DNA of 64,000 nt, taken from NCBI GenBank assembly GCA_964016885.1, contig OZ024748.1, forward strand, positions 40,858,001 through 40,922,000. Reading direction: 5' to 3'. Of the stretch, positions 52,789 to 64,000 are shown piece by piece (position 1 is the stretch's first letter; each line of letters starts with the position of its first letter). The notes below the pieces were generated by a model, which ran no database searches, had not been told where the DNA came from, and saw nothing but the letters and a program-made list of their open reading frames with translations. Both the position numbers and the translations under genes were made by a program. The DNA is from Eledone cirrhosa (lineage: Eukaryota).

Positions 52789-52874
52789 ATATAACTACTC
52801 CATTACCAAAGGTTTCAGGACCCTACACAATATTGACATACGTCTAGTTCGCTCAACAGATAGAGGGGTTATAT
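52789..52874 (-). ncRNA. Variant or degenerate hammerhead motif (CUGUUGA core)
   Basis: Minus: atataacccctctat CTGTTGA [eroded stem II] GAAA cctttgg TA atggagtagttatat; 15-bp stem I with 2 mismatches. Confidence 0.6.
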
Positions 52875-53090
52875 CTGAAACCTTTGTTCTATACATAGAG
52901 CACTCTTGTTTCCTTTGCTTTTTCTTCGGAAATAGTTAACACACACACATATATATATATATATGTAGGAGGTGAGTTTTATTGTAGTACAATAAAGCAA
53001 TGCAGATATCGGATAAGAAGCACTTTACAGTTTGTAGGACTGGAGTATACATAATATATAAGATCAAAAGATGGTTAAAAGAGTTCCATG

Positions 53091-53161
53091 TATTTTATTA
53101 TGCGCATTTCAAAAACAAATATCATCATGCAATAACATTTGTGTTTTCATCAGATAAAATA
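53091..53161 (-). ncRNA. Intact minimal type I hammerhead ribozyme motif
   Basis: Minus: tattttat CTGATGA aaacacaaatgtta...tgatatttgttttt GAAA tgcgca TA ataaaata; perfect 8-bp stem I, long stem II, palindromic stem III, AUA site. Confidence 0.87.
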
Positions 53162-54324
53162 GGAAGACATGATATGAAGGTTAAAAACACTTGTGGATAG
53201 TGCAGCTTTAAATCAACATATGAAAAGTAGTTTTAGATTGATGTGTGATATTGGGGTAAAAACATTTTTTGAGGGGGGGGGGGGTGGAAAGGATGAAAAA
53301 GAGGAGGAGATGAGAGTAAAAAGTGGAGGGGGAGGAGTATAATGAGGAAGGATGAGATAGGAGGAGAGATGGGTGATAGAGAGAGAGAGATAGCTTTTAT
53401 AACTGAGAAAAATATATTGTTTTACATAGAGAGGTTGAAAAACCGTTGGAAGATAATGTATAAATTAAAAGAATTTGAAAATTAACGAAGAGAAAAATAA
53501 TGTAAAGTTAAGGTTTGTATATTGAAGGGTTTAATAATATGTGCGATGAAAATAAATTGTTAATATGTATTAAGAATAATATTCAAGGGTTTAATAATAT
53601 GTGCGATGGAAAGAAAATGTTGATATGTATTATTAAAAAAACCAAAAGTAATGTAAGTAAAGATATATTGTGAGATGAGCATGAATAAGTTAGATGAAAG
53701 TGAGAAAAAAAATAATGAATAGAGGATGAATAATCTAACGTCAAAAAAAATGTTTATGTTTATGAAGGATTTTTTCAAGGTGATATAAAGTAAGAATATA
53801 TTGTATTGTGTAATAATTGTTTCTATGTTAGGCACAGTGAGAAAAGGTACAGATTAGGGGTTAGAAATTAAAAGAAAAAGAAAAGAAAAAGAAAAGGAAG
53901 AAAGGTAAGTGATAAATAGGAGTGATATAGAATGAGTATCAAGTATTATATAATGTATAATAAATAACTTTGAAATAAGGTAGAAAGATGGGTATATTTT
54001 TAAAGAAGTATATATATATATTTATGTGTGCCTTTGAGAAAAGGATTCTGAGTTGATAAAGTTTAGGATATTAGCTGTATACTTTATGGAATGTTCTGTG
54101 GAATTTATGCAAGCAGAGAGAAAACAAGTCAGTGCGTCTATTTATTATAGAATCTAAATTAGATATAATGGTAAATTTTTCATTTAGACAGAGATTGCAA
54201 GTCTTGGATAGAGAACTGTTCAAGTATGGAGCAGCAGAAGAAACCTTTTTCTAAGAGATGTTATATTTAATATTTTTGTCTTTCAAGGACCATATGAGTT
54301 CTCCCAAGAACTCCGAGGATAAAT

Positions 54325-54530
54325 CTCAAGGATCACAAAAACAATTTTCGCACTGAACTACCTGTTAGATTAATCGCCCCCTCTAAATCAGATCTGGGGG
54401 TTGTTAGTAAAGCCATCTTGGATAGAATTATCCCACAGGTTCGTTCTAATTGCTCTTCTTTGAACTTAAATTTATCGTTTGGTACTTCTGAAGTGATTGG
54501 CTGGTTCAACAAATTGAATAATAAAAACAA
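54325..54530 (+). mobile_element. Penelope-like element RT N-terminal fragment, cut by the Tx1-like array
   Basis: Translates LKDHKNNFRTELPVRLIAPSKSDLGVVSKAILDRII...TSEVIGWFNKLNNKNK, resembling the PLE pattern TLKDHK..F...RLINP.KS..G..SK.ILD (recalled, not searched). Confidence 0.65.
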
Positions 54531-57500
54531 ACCGAAGCCGGGTTTACACCCTACCCTCTCTATGATGTATCGCATGAGGTGGAGGTTGTCGTGTATGGAC
54601 CTGGTCAGGATCGTGCATATCTGCGCTTCTCCCACCAGGTTTTCGACGACAAGCGCCAAAATCTATAACTCTGTGTTTAACAGAGTTATGGGCCGGAAGT
54701 TGCCTATGTCACCCCCCTTATACTCGTCCTTCCTGACTAGTGTGACTACGCCCCTGGTCACAAAACTGGGAATTCTTCCGTTCTGCTGCCAGTTGTAGTA
54801 GACCGCTTCCAGGAGACCGGAGAACAAGTCCGGCATTGCTACGTAAAATTCGTAAGGTAGACCGTCGAGACCTGGAGATTTGCGTTTGCCGCATTGGCTC
54901 AGCGCGTCCCCTATCTCAGCGGCTGAAATCGGCTTTTCGCAGAACTTCACCTCGCTGTCTGAGAGTCGCGGTAGGCCGTCGAGGTCTGGACCGAAATCCA
55001 TAGCCCCTCCCGGCGCACCGCTCTGCCCAAACAGCTGAGCAAAGTGCCGCTGAAAGGCCGCGCACATCTGCTTCGGCTCACGTAGAGATAGATATATTTC
55101 TTTATTAGCCACAGGGGCACAAAAGTAGGGGACAAATACAAACGGGGAAGTTTACATACAATAAAAACGTGTAAAATGTTATCACAAATGGAATTTAAAA
55201 AGTTAGTCGATTTTCCCAATAGAGGGAGACAGTTTATATGGGTAACACATACCCCCGAAAAAAAAAATGTGCAACCCTCATCTCCAGGAGTACGAAGAGT
55301 TTGTACTCCTTTCCTCTCCTCCTCCCTTTCCTCAACCTACAGGCTGATATAGAGAGAGGGCCCATTCACTCGGGCCATTCTCGCCACTTTCACCCACCTT
55401 TCATAAAACTTGCTGGGGTACAGCACCTCTCTCTCTCCATCCTGATTCTTCTTCGAAAGTGGTATTTGAAAAAAAGAATCAGTTGTTGGCCGGAGAGAAA
55501 GGTGTCTGACCTCAGCCCTTTCAACCTTGTCCACCATACAACCTCTTTCGCCATAGCTATCACACAAAGGAAAACCGCCTCTCCTTCGTTTTTGAAGGAG
55601 GGTGGTGGTTTGATCATGACAATGGACTCGGTGGTCAACTGGATTGGTCCCACCCGCGACAATAGTCGTTCTACATAGCCCCACAGGTCAGTGACGCCCG
55701 GGCAGTGTATGAATGCGTGCCCGACGGTTTCTTCGTCTCGCACGCACCTCGGACAGATCTTTTTTGCAGGGTCCCTGCCCGGGCGCCCATGTCAGTAGAG
55801 CTTGTCTCGAACTGGTAGAGCTCCTCGGTAGCACTGCCAGGCCAGGGACTTTTGGAAGTTGTCCATCGGTCCCGGGCGGAAGGTCCTACCGAACAGACTG
55901 GCCAGTTCATCTTCCTCTACGCCTAGAGTTTCACCGAGCGCGTCGTCGCACTTGCTGCGGACCAACCCTCTATAGAATGACGAAGTGGAGTCTCCACTGA
56001 TCGCCGGGTCCGCCTGCCAGAAGGCTGTGAGCGCCTGAGCACATTCGATGTGCCAGTCGCCCATTTTCCTCGGTCTTTGCTTGACCCAGGACTGCAGCTC
56101 GGTCAGCGAGACGAGTCGTGGGAAGGCTCACCTCACAAACGGGGCCCACACCGGTTGTCCGGTGAGGAATACGTAGAGATGCCACAGCCTGAGCCCGTGT
56201 TTGCGCATCGTCAACCACGGCATCCCCAGCCCTCCGTTAGAAGGGTGTTGGCAGCAGATGGATCTTCTCACCAAAGGAGCCCGCCTCTTCCAAAGGAATC
56301 GGAAGAGCGCGCGCTCCATTTTGGCGAGCGTTTTGGCTGGACAAGGCACGACGGTCAAGCGGTAGTAGATGGCGGACGCTATAAAAGTGTTCGCCACCTC
56401 CGCTCGACCTTTCAAGGATAGTTTGCACTCGGCCCACTTCTGGGTGAGTGCAAACACCTTCGCCGTCACATCGTTCCAGTTCTTCTCCACCTGGAGGTCC
56501 GGACCAAACCAGACCCCGAGCAGCTTTACCGGTCCTTCCGTCCAGCGTCCGACGACGCCATCGGAAGGCATCGGTTTGCCTCTCCACGATCCGAGTTGCA
56601 AACCGATGGACTTGTCCCGGTTCAGCTTCGTTCCTGTGAAACTTTCGTATTCCTTCAGTAAAGTGTCGACTTCCTCGATTTGCGAGGCGCTCGACACCAT
56701 TACTGTCACGTCGTCGGCGTAGGCCGACGCCGCTTTCCGCAGACCCGGTTCCAGAGGGATGCCCTGCAATAGCTCCAGCTTCCGCAGTAGTGGCTCGAGA
56801 GTCAGTACGTACAAAAGGGAGGAGAGAGGGCATCCCTGTCGAATGGATCGCGTAATATGGAACGGCTCCGAGAGGTAGCCGTTCACCTTGACCCTTGAGC
56901 AGATGTTGCTGTTGTGCATTGCAGCAATCCAGCCCCTGAACACGGGTCCGAAGCCTGCCGCCTCGAGCACCGCATCCAGGTAACGATGGTCAACCCTATC
57001 GAAAGCCTTAGACTGATCCAAGTTGATCAGGGCCCCACCGAAGCCGGGTTTACACCCTACCCTCTCTATGATGTATCGCATGAGGTGGAGGTTGTCGTGT
57101 ATGGACCTGGTCGGGATTGCGCATGTCTGCGCTTCTCCCACCAGGTTCTCGACGACAAGCGCCAGCCTCTTTGCCAACACCTTGGCCAAAATCTGTAACT
57201 CTGTGTTTAGCAGAGTTATGGGCCGGAAGTTGCCTATGTCACCCCCCCTTATTCTCGTCCTTCATGATTAGTGTCACCACGCCCCCGGTTACAGAAATGG
57301 GAATTCTCCCGTTCTGCTGCCAGTTGTAGTAGACCGCTTCCAGGAGACCGGAGAACAAGTCCGGCATTGCTACGTAAAATTCGTAGGGTAGACCGTCGAG
57401 ACCTGGAGATTTGCGTTTGCCGTATTGGCTCAGCGCGTCCCCTATCTCAGCGGCTGAAATCGGCTTTTCGCAGAACTTCGCCTCGCTGTCCGAGAGTCGC

Positions 57501-60500
57501 GGTAGGCCGTCGAGGTCTGGACCGAAATCCATAGCCCCTCCCGGCGCACCGCCCTGCCCGAACAGCTGAGCAAAGTGCCGCTGAAAGGCCGCGCACATCT
57601 GCTTCGGCTCACGTAGAGATAGATATATTTCTTTATTAGCCACAGGGGCACAAAAGTAGGGGACAAATACAAACGGGGAAGTTTACATACAATAAAAACG
57701 TGTAAAATGTTATCACAAATGGAATTTAAAAAGTTAGTCGATTTTCCCAATAGAGGGAGACAGTTTATATGGGTAACACATACCCCCGAAAAAAAAAATG
57801 TGCAACCCTCATCTCCAGGAGTACGAAGAGTTTGTACTCCTTTCCTCTCCTCCTCCCTTTCCTCAACCTACAGGCTGATATAGAGAGAGGGCCCATTCAC
57901 TCGGGCCATTCTCGCCACTTTCACCCACCTTTCATAAAACTTGCTGGGGTACAGCACCTCTCTCTCTCCATCCTGATTCTTCTTCGAAAGTGGTATTTGA
58001 AAAAAAGAATCAGTTGTTGGCCGGAGAGAAAGGTGTCTGACCTCAGCCCTTTCAACCTTGTCCACCATACAACCTCTTTCGCCATAGCTATCACACAAAG
58101 GAAAACCGCCTCTCCTTCGTTTTTGAAGGAGGGTGGTGGTTTGATCATGACAATGGACTCGGTGGTCAACTGGATTGGTCCCACCCGCGACAATAGTCGT
58201 TCTACATAGCCCCACAGGTCAGTGACGCCCGGGCAGTGTATGAATGCGTGCCCGACGGTTTCTTCGTCTCGCACGCACCTCGGACAGATCTTTTTTGCAG
58301 GGTCCCTGCCCGGGCGCCCATGTCAGTAGAGCTTGTCTCGAACTGGTAGAGCTCCTCGGTAGCACTGCCAGGCCAGGGACTTTTGGAAGTTGTCCATCGG
58401 TCCCGGGCGGAAGGTCCTACCGAACAGACTGGCCAGTTCATCTTCCTCTACGCCTAGAGTTTCACCGAGCGCGTCGTCGCACTTGCTGCGGACCAACCCT
58501 CTATAGAATGACGAAGTGGAGTCTCCACTGATCGCCGGGTCCGCCTGCCAGAAGGCTGTGAGCGCCTGAGCACATTCGATGTGCCAGTCGCCCATTTTCC
58601 TCGGTCTTTGCTTGACCCAGGACTGCAGCTCGGTTAGCGAGACGAGTCGTGGGAAGGCTCACCTCACAAACGGGGCCCACACCGGTTGTCCGGTGAGGAA
58701 TACGTAGAGATGCCACAGCCTGAGCGCGTGTTTGCGCATCGTCAACCACGGCATCCCCAGCCCTCCGTTAGAAGGGTGTTGGCAGCAGATGGATCTTCTC
58801 ACCAAAGGAGCCCGCCTCTTCCAAAGGAATCGGAAGAGCGCGCGCTCCATTTTGGCGAGCGTTTTGGCTGGACAAGGCACGACGGTCAAGCGGTAGTAGA
58901 TGGCGGACGCTATAAAAGTGTTCGCCACCTCCGCTCGACCTTTCAAGGATAGTTTGCACTCGGCCCACTTCTGGGTGAGTGCAAACACCTTCGCCGTCAC
59001 TTCGTTCCAGTTCTTCTCCACCTGGAGGTCCGGACCAAACCAGACCCCGAGCAGCTTTACCGGTCCTTCCGTCCAGCGTCCGACGACGCCATCGGAAGGC
59101 ATCGGTTTGCCTCTCCACGATCCGAGTTGCAAACCGATGGACTTGTCCCGGTTCAGCTTCGCTCCTGTGAAACTTTCGTATTCCTTCAGTAAAGTGTCGA
59201 CTTCCTCGATTTGCGAGGCGCTCGACACCATTACTGTCACGTCGTCGGCGTAGGCCGACGCCGCTTTCCGCAGACCCGGTTCCAGAGGGATGCCCTGCAA
59301 TAGCTCCAGCTTCCGCAGTAGTGGCTCGAGAGTCAGTACGTACAAAAGGGAGGAGAGAGGGCATCCCTGTCGAATGGATCGCGTAATATGGAACGGCTCC
59401 GAGAGGTAGCCGTTCACCTTGACCCTTGAGCAGATGTTGCTGTTGTGCATTGCAGCAATCCAGCCCCTGAACACGGGTCCGAAGCCTGCCGCCTCGAGCA
59501 CCGCATCCAGGTAACGATGGTCAACCCTATCGAAAGCCTTAGACTGATCCAAGTTGATCAGGGCCCCACCGAAGCCGGGTTTACACCCTACCCTCTCTAT
59601 GATGTATCGCATGAGGTGGAGGTTGTCGTGTATGGACCTGGTCGGGATTGCGCATGTCTGCGCTTCTCCCACCAGGTTCTCGACGACAAGCGCCAGCCTC
59701 TTTGCCAACACCTTGGCCAAAATCTGTAACTCTGTGTTTAGCAGAGTTATGGGCCGGAAGTTGCCTATGTCACCCCCCTTATTCTCGTCCTTCATGATTA
59801 GTGTCACCACGCCCCCGGTTACAGAAATGGGAATTCTCCCGTTCTGCTGCCAGTTGTAGTAGACCGCTCCCAGGAGACCGGAGAACAAGTCCGGCATTGC
59901 TACGTAAAATTCGTAGGGTAGACCGTCGAGACCTGGAGATTTGCGTTTGCCGTATTGGCTCAGCGCGTCCCCTATCTCAGCGGCTGAAATCGGCTTTTCG
60001 CAGAACTTCGCCTCGCTGTCCGAGAGTCGCGGTAGGCCGTCGAGGTCTGGACCGAAATCCATAGCCCCTCCCGGCGCACCGCCCTGCCCGAACAGCTGAG
60101 CAAAGTGCCGCTGAAAGGCCGCGCACATCTGCTTCGGCTCACGTAGAGATAGATATGTTTCTTTTATTTGCCACCAGGGCATCAAAAGTGGGACAAGTAC
60201 AATGGGGGGAGGGGGAGTTTACAAAACAAGGCGTCCTCAATAGGGAGGAGGCAATAACAATATATATCGCCCCCCCCCCCCCCCCCCCCCCGAAAAAAGT
60301 GTGCAACCCTTCTCCTCAGGAGCACAGAGAGGGGGTGCTCCCTCGTTCCTTCCTCTTTTCCACCTACAGGCTTATGTAAAGAGAAGGCCCATTAACATGG
60401 GCCATTCTCCCCACTTTCACCCACCTTTCATAAAAACGACTGGGGTGAAGCACCTCTCTCTCCATCCTGATCCTTCTTCCGAAATGATATCGGAAGAAAC

Positions 60501-61605
60501 AGACCAGTTGTTGGCCAGAGAGAAAGATGCTTGACCTCAGTCCTTTCAGACGCGTCCACCATACAACTTCTTTCACCATGGCTATTACGCACAGAAACAC
60601 TGCCTCTCCTTCATCTTTGAAGGGGGGAGGCGGCTTGATCATTACAATGGACTCGGTGGTCAACCGGATCGGTCCCACCCTTGACAGCAGTTGTTCGACA
60701 TAGCCCCACAGATCGGCTACGCCCGAGCAGTGTACCAATGCGTGTGCAACGGTTTCCTCGTCGCACACGCATCTGGGACAGATCTTTTTGGTGGGGTCCC
60801 TACCTGGGCGCCCGTGTCTGTAGAGCTTTTCTCGAACGGGTAGAGCCCCTCGGTAGCACTGCCAGGCCAGGGACTTCTGGAAGTTGTCCATAGGTCCTGG
60901 GCTGAATGTCCTACCGAACAGGCTGGCCAGTTCGTCCTCCTCCATGTCTAGGGCTTCTCCGAGGGCGTCGTCGCACCTGCTGCGTACCAGCCCTCTATAG
61001 AATGTTGCGGTGGAGTCTCCACTGATAACTGGATCCGCCTGCCAGAGGGCGGTGAGCGCCTGGGCACGCTCAGTGTGCCAGGCGCCCAGTTTTCTCGGTC
61101 TTTGCTTGACCCAGGATTGCAGCTCGGTGAGTGAGACGAGTCTGGGAAAGGTTCGTCTCACAAACGAGGCCCACACCGGTTGACCGGTGAGGAATACGTA
61201 GAGGTGCCGTAGCCTTAATGCGTGTTTACGCATCATTAGCCACGGCATCCCCAGCCCTCCTTTCGAAGGGTGTTGACAGCAGATGGATCTCCTCACCATA
61301 GGAGCCCGCCTCTTCCAAAGGAATTGGAAGAGCGCGCGCTCCATCTTGGCGAGGGTTTCTCTTGGGCAGGGCACTACGGTCAGGCGGTAGTAGATGACGG
61401 ACGCTATATAGGTGTTCGCCACCTCCGCCCGACCTTTCAGGGATAGTTTGCAACTGGCCCATTTCTGGGTCAGTGCAAACACCCTGGCCGTAACCTCCGC
61501 CCAGTTCTTCTCCACCTGGAGGTCCGGTCCGAACCAGACCCCGAGCAACTTCACCGGGCCCTCCGTCCAGCGTCCAACGACGCCATCGGAGGGCATCGGT
61601 CTGCG
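54531..61605 (-). mobile_element. Head-to-tail array of four 5'-truncated L1/Tx1-like LINE copies
   Basis: KSPGLDGLPYEFY, NFRPITLLN, LDQSKAFDRVDH, RQGCPLS, AYADDV, GGLGMP, CPRC..EET..H...HC. Units ~54531-55086, 55087-57617, 57618-60148 (offset 2531) and an older 60149-61605; tails aataaagaaatatatctatct. Confidence 0.93.
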
Positions 61606-62265
61606 ATAGATAGATAGATATATAGATAGATTTAGATTCGTCAGCCGGGCCAAATAGAAAAATAAATACATGTAAGATAGGGTAAAAGACCGTCAGAAAA
61701 ATATAGGACGAAAGAAAAACATAAATAAATAAAAAATAAAGGGAAGGAAAAATAAAGACGACCATCAATTGATGACCAAGCGCGACAATAGGCCGCACAT
61801 GACAAGGGATAAAACATCACTCCGGACAGGATTCGAACTTGCGCGGGTAGGACCGGATTTAATGGGGGACCAAAGGGAGCAATTATCCCCCCCCCCCCCC
61901 CCCCCCCCCCCCACACACACCCTTCAATGGGGGACCCCATCAACGATAGCCGTAGCAATTTATTTGTACCCTCAGCTGGACTTTTTAGTTTTAGGATGTT
62001 TAGAAATTTTTAATTTAATACCTGTATGTATAACTTTTCAATTCCAGTTACTTGCACCAAGGTAAATCTCATAGATTCGATATTATGTGAGATAATTATG
62101 TGAGGTAAAGTATTTACTATGAAAATATAATCTTAAATATAAAGTAATGTAAATGTTAAAGGGTTAACCAAATAAACTATAGACAAGGGATTTGTTGGCG
62201 CAGTTGGTGGAGATTTGATGTTTGTCTTCTTATTTCTCGGTCATATATATTTGTATATTATATGT

Positions 62266-62450
62266 GGCGGTGGATTGGCAGTATCGGTAGAGGGTCGGAC
62301 GCCATGCTTTCCAGCATAGTTACGTCCCTTTACGATCTGAGTTCAAATCCCGCCGAGGTTGACTTTGCCTTTCATCCTTACGGGGTCGATAAAATAAAGT
62401 ACCAGTAATGCACTGGGTAATTGCTGGCCTTGTGCCTAAAGTAGAAACAA
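62266..62450 (+). mobile_element. tRNA-derived SINE, full length
   Basis: A-box tggcagtatcggtag, B-box gttcaaatcc, conserved core and 3' ttgctggccttgtgcctaaagtagaaac. Confidence 0.85.
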
Positions 62451-62583
62451 TTATATGTATCAGGTTCATTTCAATAATTAATTGTGTGTTTATATTAATA
62501 ATAATAATAAATGTGAAGACTAAAATCCAAAGAGGGCTCGATAAGGATAAATATATATCAAATATATAAGAACCGTAGAGCAA

Positions 62584-62731
62584 ATATTTATTAAAATAAC
62601 AGATTAAAGTTTAAGCAAAGAATCGCTGAATTCACCCTTAACAGGATCTTTTGAAACTGTTCAGAAGATCCCGTTAAGGGTGAAAGCAGCAATTCTTTGC
62701 TTAAACTTTAATCTATTATTTTAATAAATAT
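62584..62731. repeat. ~148-bp imperfect palindrome
   Basis: atatttattaaaataacagattaaagtttaagcaaagaat...attctttgcttaaactttaatctattattttaataaatat with inner ttcacccttaac/gttaagggtgaa. Confidence 0.85.
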
Positions 62732-63007
62732 ATATAAATATATTTATATATATACAGTGAAAATCCATTATAACGAAATTCAAGGGTATAAAAAAAAAAA
62801 CTCGTTGTAACGAAAAATTCTTTATAACGAGATCTACCGAAGTAAATCGAGCGTTTGAAAAAAAATTTCGTTATACTGAATAATTCGTTATAACGGAATT
62901 TTACCAGTATATATTTATGTAATTTTATATAAATATATATATATATATATAACGAAGAAAGTGTGGTAAGCACCATAACGCACCAGAGTACTCAATACTT
63001 AGGGTAG

Positions 63008-63127
63008 TAGAGTGGGTAATAGGAAAATGTTCAAGACCCCGACGGCAGAGCTCAAGCCAGAAATAGCCGTCGAAACGGCTTGAGCTCTGCCGTCGGCGTC
63101 TTGAACATTTTCCTATTACCCACTCTA
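63008..63127. repeat. 120-bp hairpin (~51-bp arms, 18-nt loop)
   Basis: tagagtgggtaataggaaaatgttcaagac.ccgacggcagagctcaagcc and its reverse complement; one arm is also seen unpaired near 8640-8680. Confidence 0.88.
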
Positions 63128-63144
63128 TTTTCCTATATATATAT

Positions 63145-63400
63145 ATAAATAGATATGTTTCTTTATTAGCCACAGAGGCACAAAAGAAGGGGACAAATAC
63201 AAAGGGGGAAATAGATAGATATGTTTCTTTATTAGCCACAGGGGCACAGAAGAAGGGGACAAATACAAAGGGGGAAATAGATAGATATGTTTCTTTATTA
63301 GCCACAGGGGCACAAAAGAAGGGGACAAATACAAAGGGGGAAGTTTACATACAATAAAAACATGTAAAATGTTATCACAAAAAGGGGGAAATAGATAGAT
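63145..63400 (-). repeat. Tandem ~62-bp copies of the extreme 3' end of the Tx1-like element
   Basis: agatatgtttctttattagccacaggggcacaaaagaaggggacaaatacaaaggggg x3, matching 55090-55190. Confidence 0.85.
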
Positions 63401-63742
63401 AAATAGATAGATAGATAATTATATATATATATATATATATAATTTGTGTTTATATTTTCCTTTTGTAAGAAGAAGAATTGAGTTATGAAAGTAAAGTAAA
63501 TGAAAGAGATTTGAACATAAAAAAACTGGCGTGGTTATTTAATTTGAAAGTCATGTGAGACGTAATTGATACTGAAGTTCAACTACTATTGTTTGTTACT
63601 GCGGGTCGGTGATTGCATTAGGAAGGAAGGAGGGTTGTTTGCTCGGAGCTAGTTATTGGTGATATATATATATATATAGATAGATAGATCACATCCGTCA
63701 GAGACTGAGCTCTCTCTTCACTCAGGCAGACACAAACAAAAC

Positions 63743-63854
63743 ATGTTGTCGATGTTTCTATTAACTCTATTGTTTTTCTTGTGTAAGACGGTGGTTGTTG
63801 GACAAATTGTGGTCAATTTGAATGGAGAGTGGACAATACAAGCGGAAGGCTACA
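63743..63854 (+). CDS. First coding exon of a secreted or lysosomal protein, probably beta-mannosidase (GH2)
   Basis: aacATG; signal-peptide-like MLSMFLLTLLFFLCKTVVVG followed by QIVVNLNGEWTI (GH2 N-terminal L.G.W motif); GTAAGT donor at 63855. Confidence 0.55.
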
Positions 63855-64000
63855 GTAAGTTTGTTTATCTATCTATTTATCTAGTGCAAGACGGAATGAC
63901 TGGTGCAAATGACGAAGAACCATTAGTTAACGAAAGGGGACACTTTCATAGTTCATAGTTAAGTTGTTAGCACTTCGGTATCGATTTCGCGCAACCATCT

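Noticed and set aside
61815-61862. tRNA-like T-arm (gttcgaatcc on minus strand)
   Set aside because: No D-arm or full cloverleaf; probably a SINE or tRNA fragment.

Overview
AT-rich, repeat-dominated animal DNA, most likely from a coleoid cephalopod such as an octopus; this is inferred from the (TA/CA)n load and the SINE/RTE repertoire. Host genes: (1) the 5' part of a p120 RasGAP (RASA1-like) gene on the minus strand, with 8 phase-compatible GT-AG exons encoding SH2-SH3-SH2 (42719 down to 4108) and a ~30.7 kb TE-filled first intron; (2) a head-to-head 632-codon ORF (43236-45134) with a ParB/Srx-like 'IRFTQDSI...SLDNRRL' N-terminal domain, a basic Pro/Arg repeat stalk and a CaaX end (CRCCVIL), preceded by a 4x ISRE-like/3x GAS-like array; (3) a probable beta-mannosidase first exon at the right edge. 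The rest is RTE, CR1 and Tx1-like LINEs, a DD37D (maT) transposon, MITEs, tRNA-derived SINEs, Penelope-like remnants and satellites. The two strongest unannotated signals are a dispersed set of about ten type I hammerhead ribozyme motifs (three fully intact, with covarying palindromic stem III) and the candidate prenylated, immune-inducible ParB-like effector. All calls were read by eye; no searches or folding programs were run.
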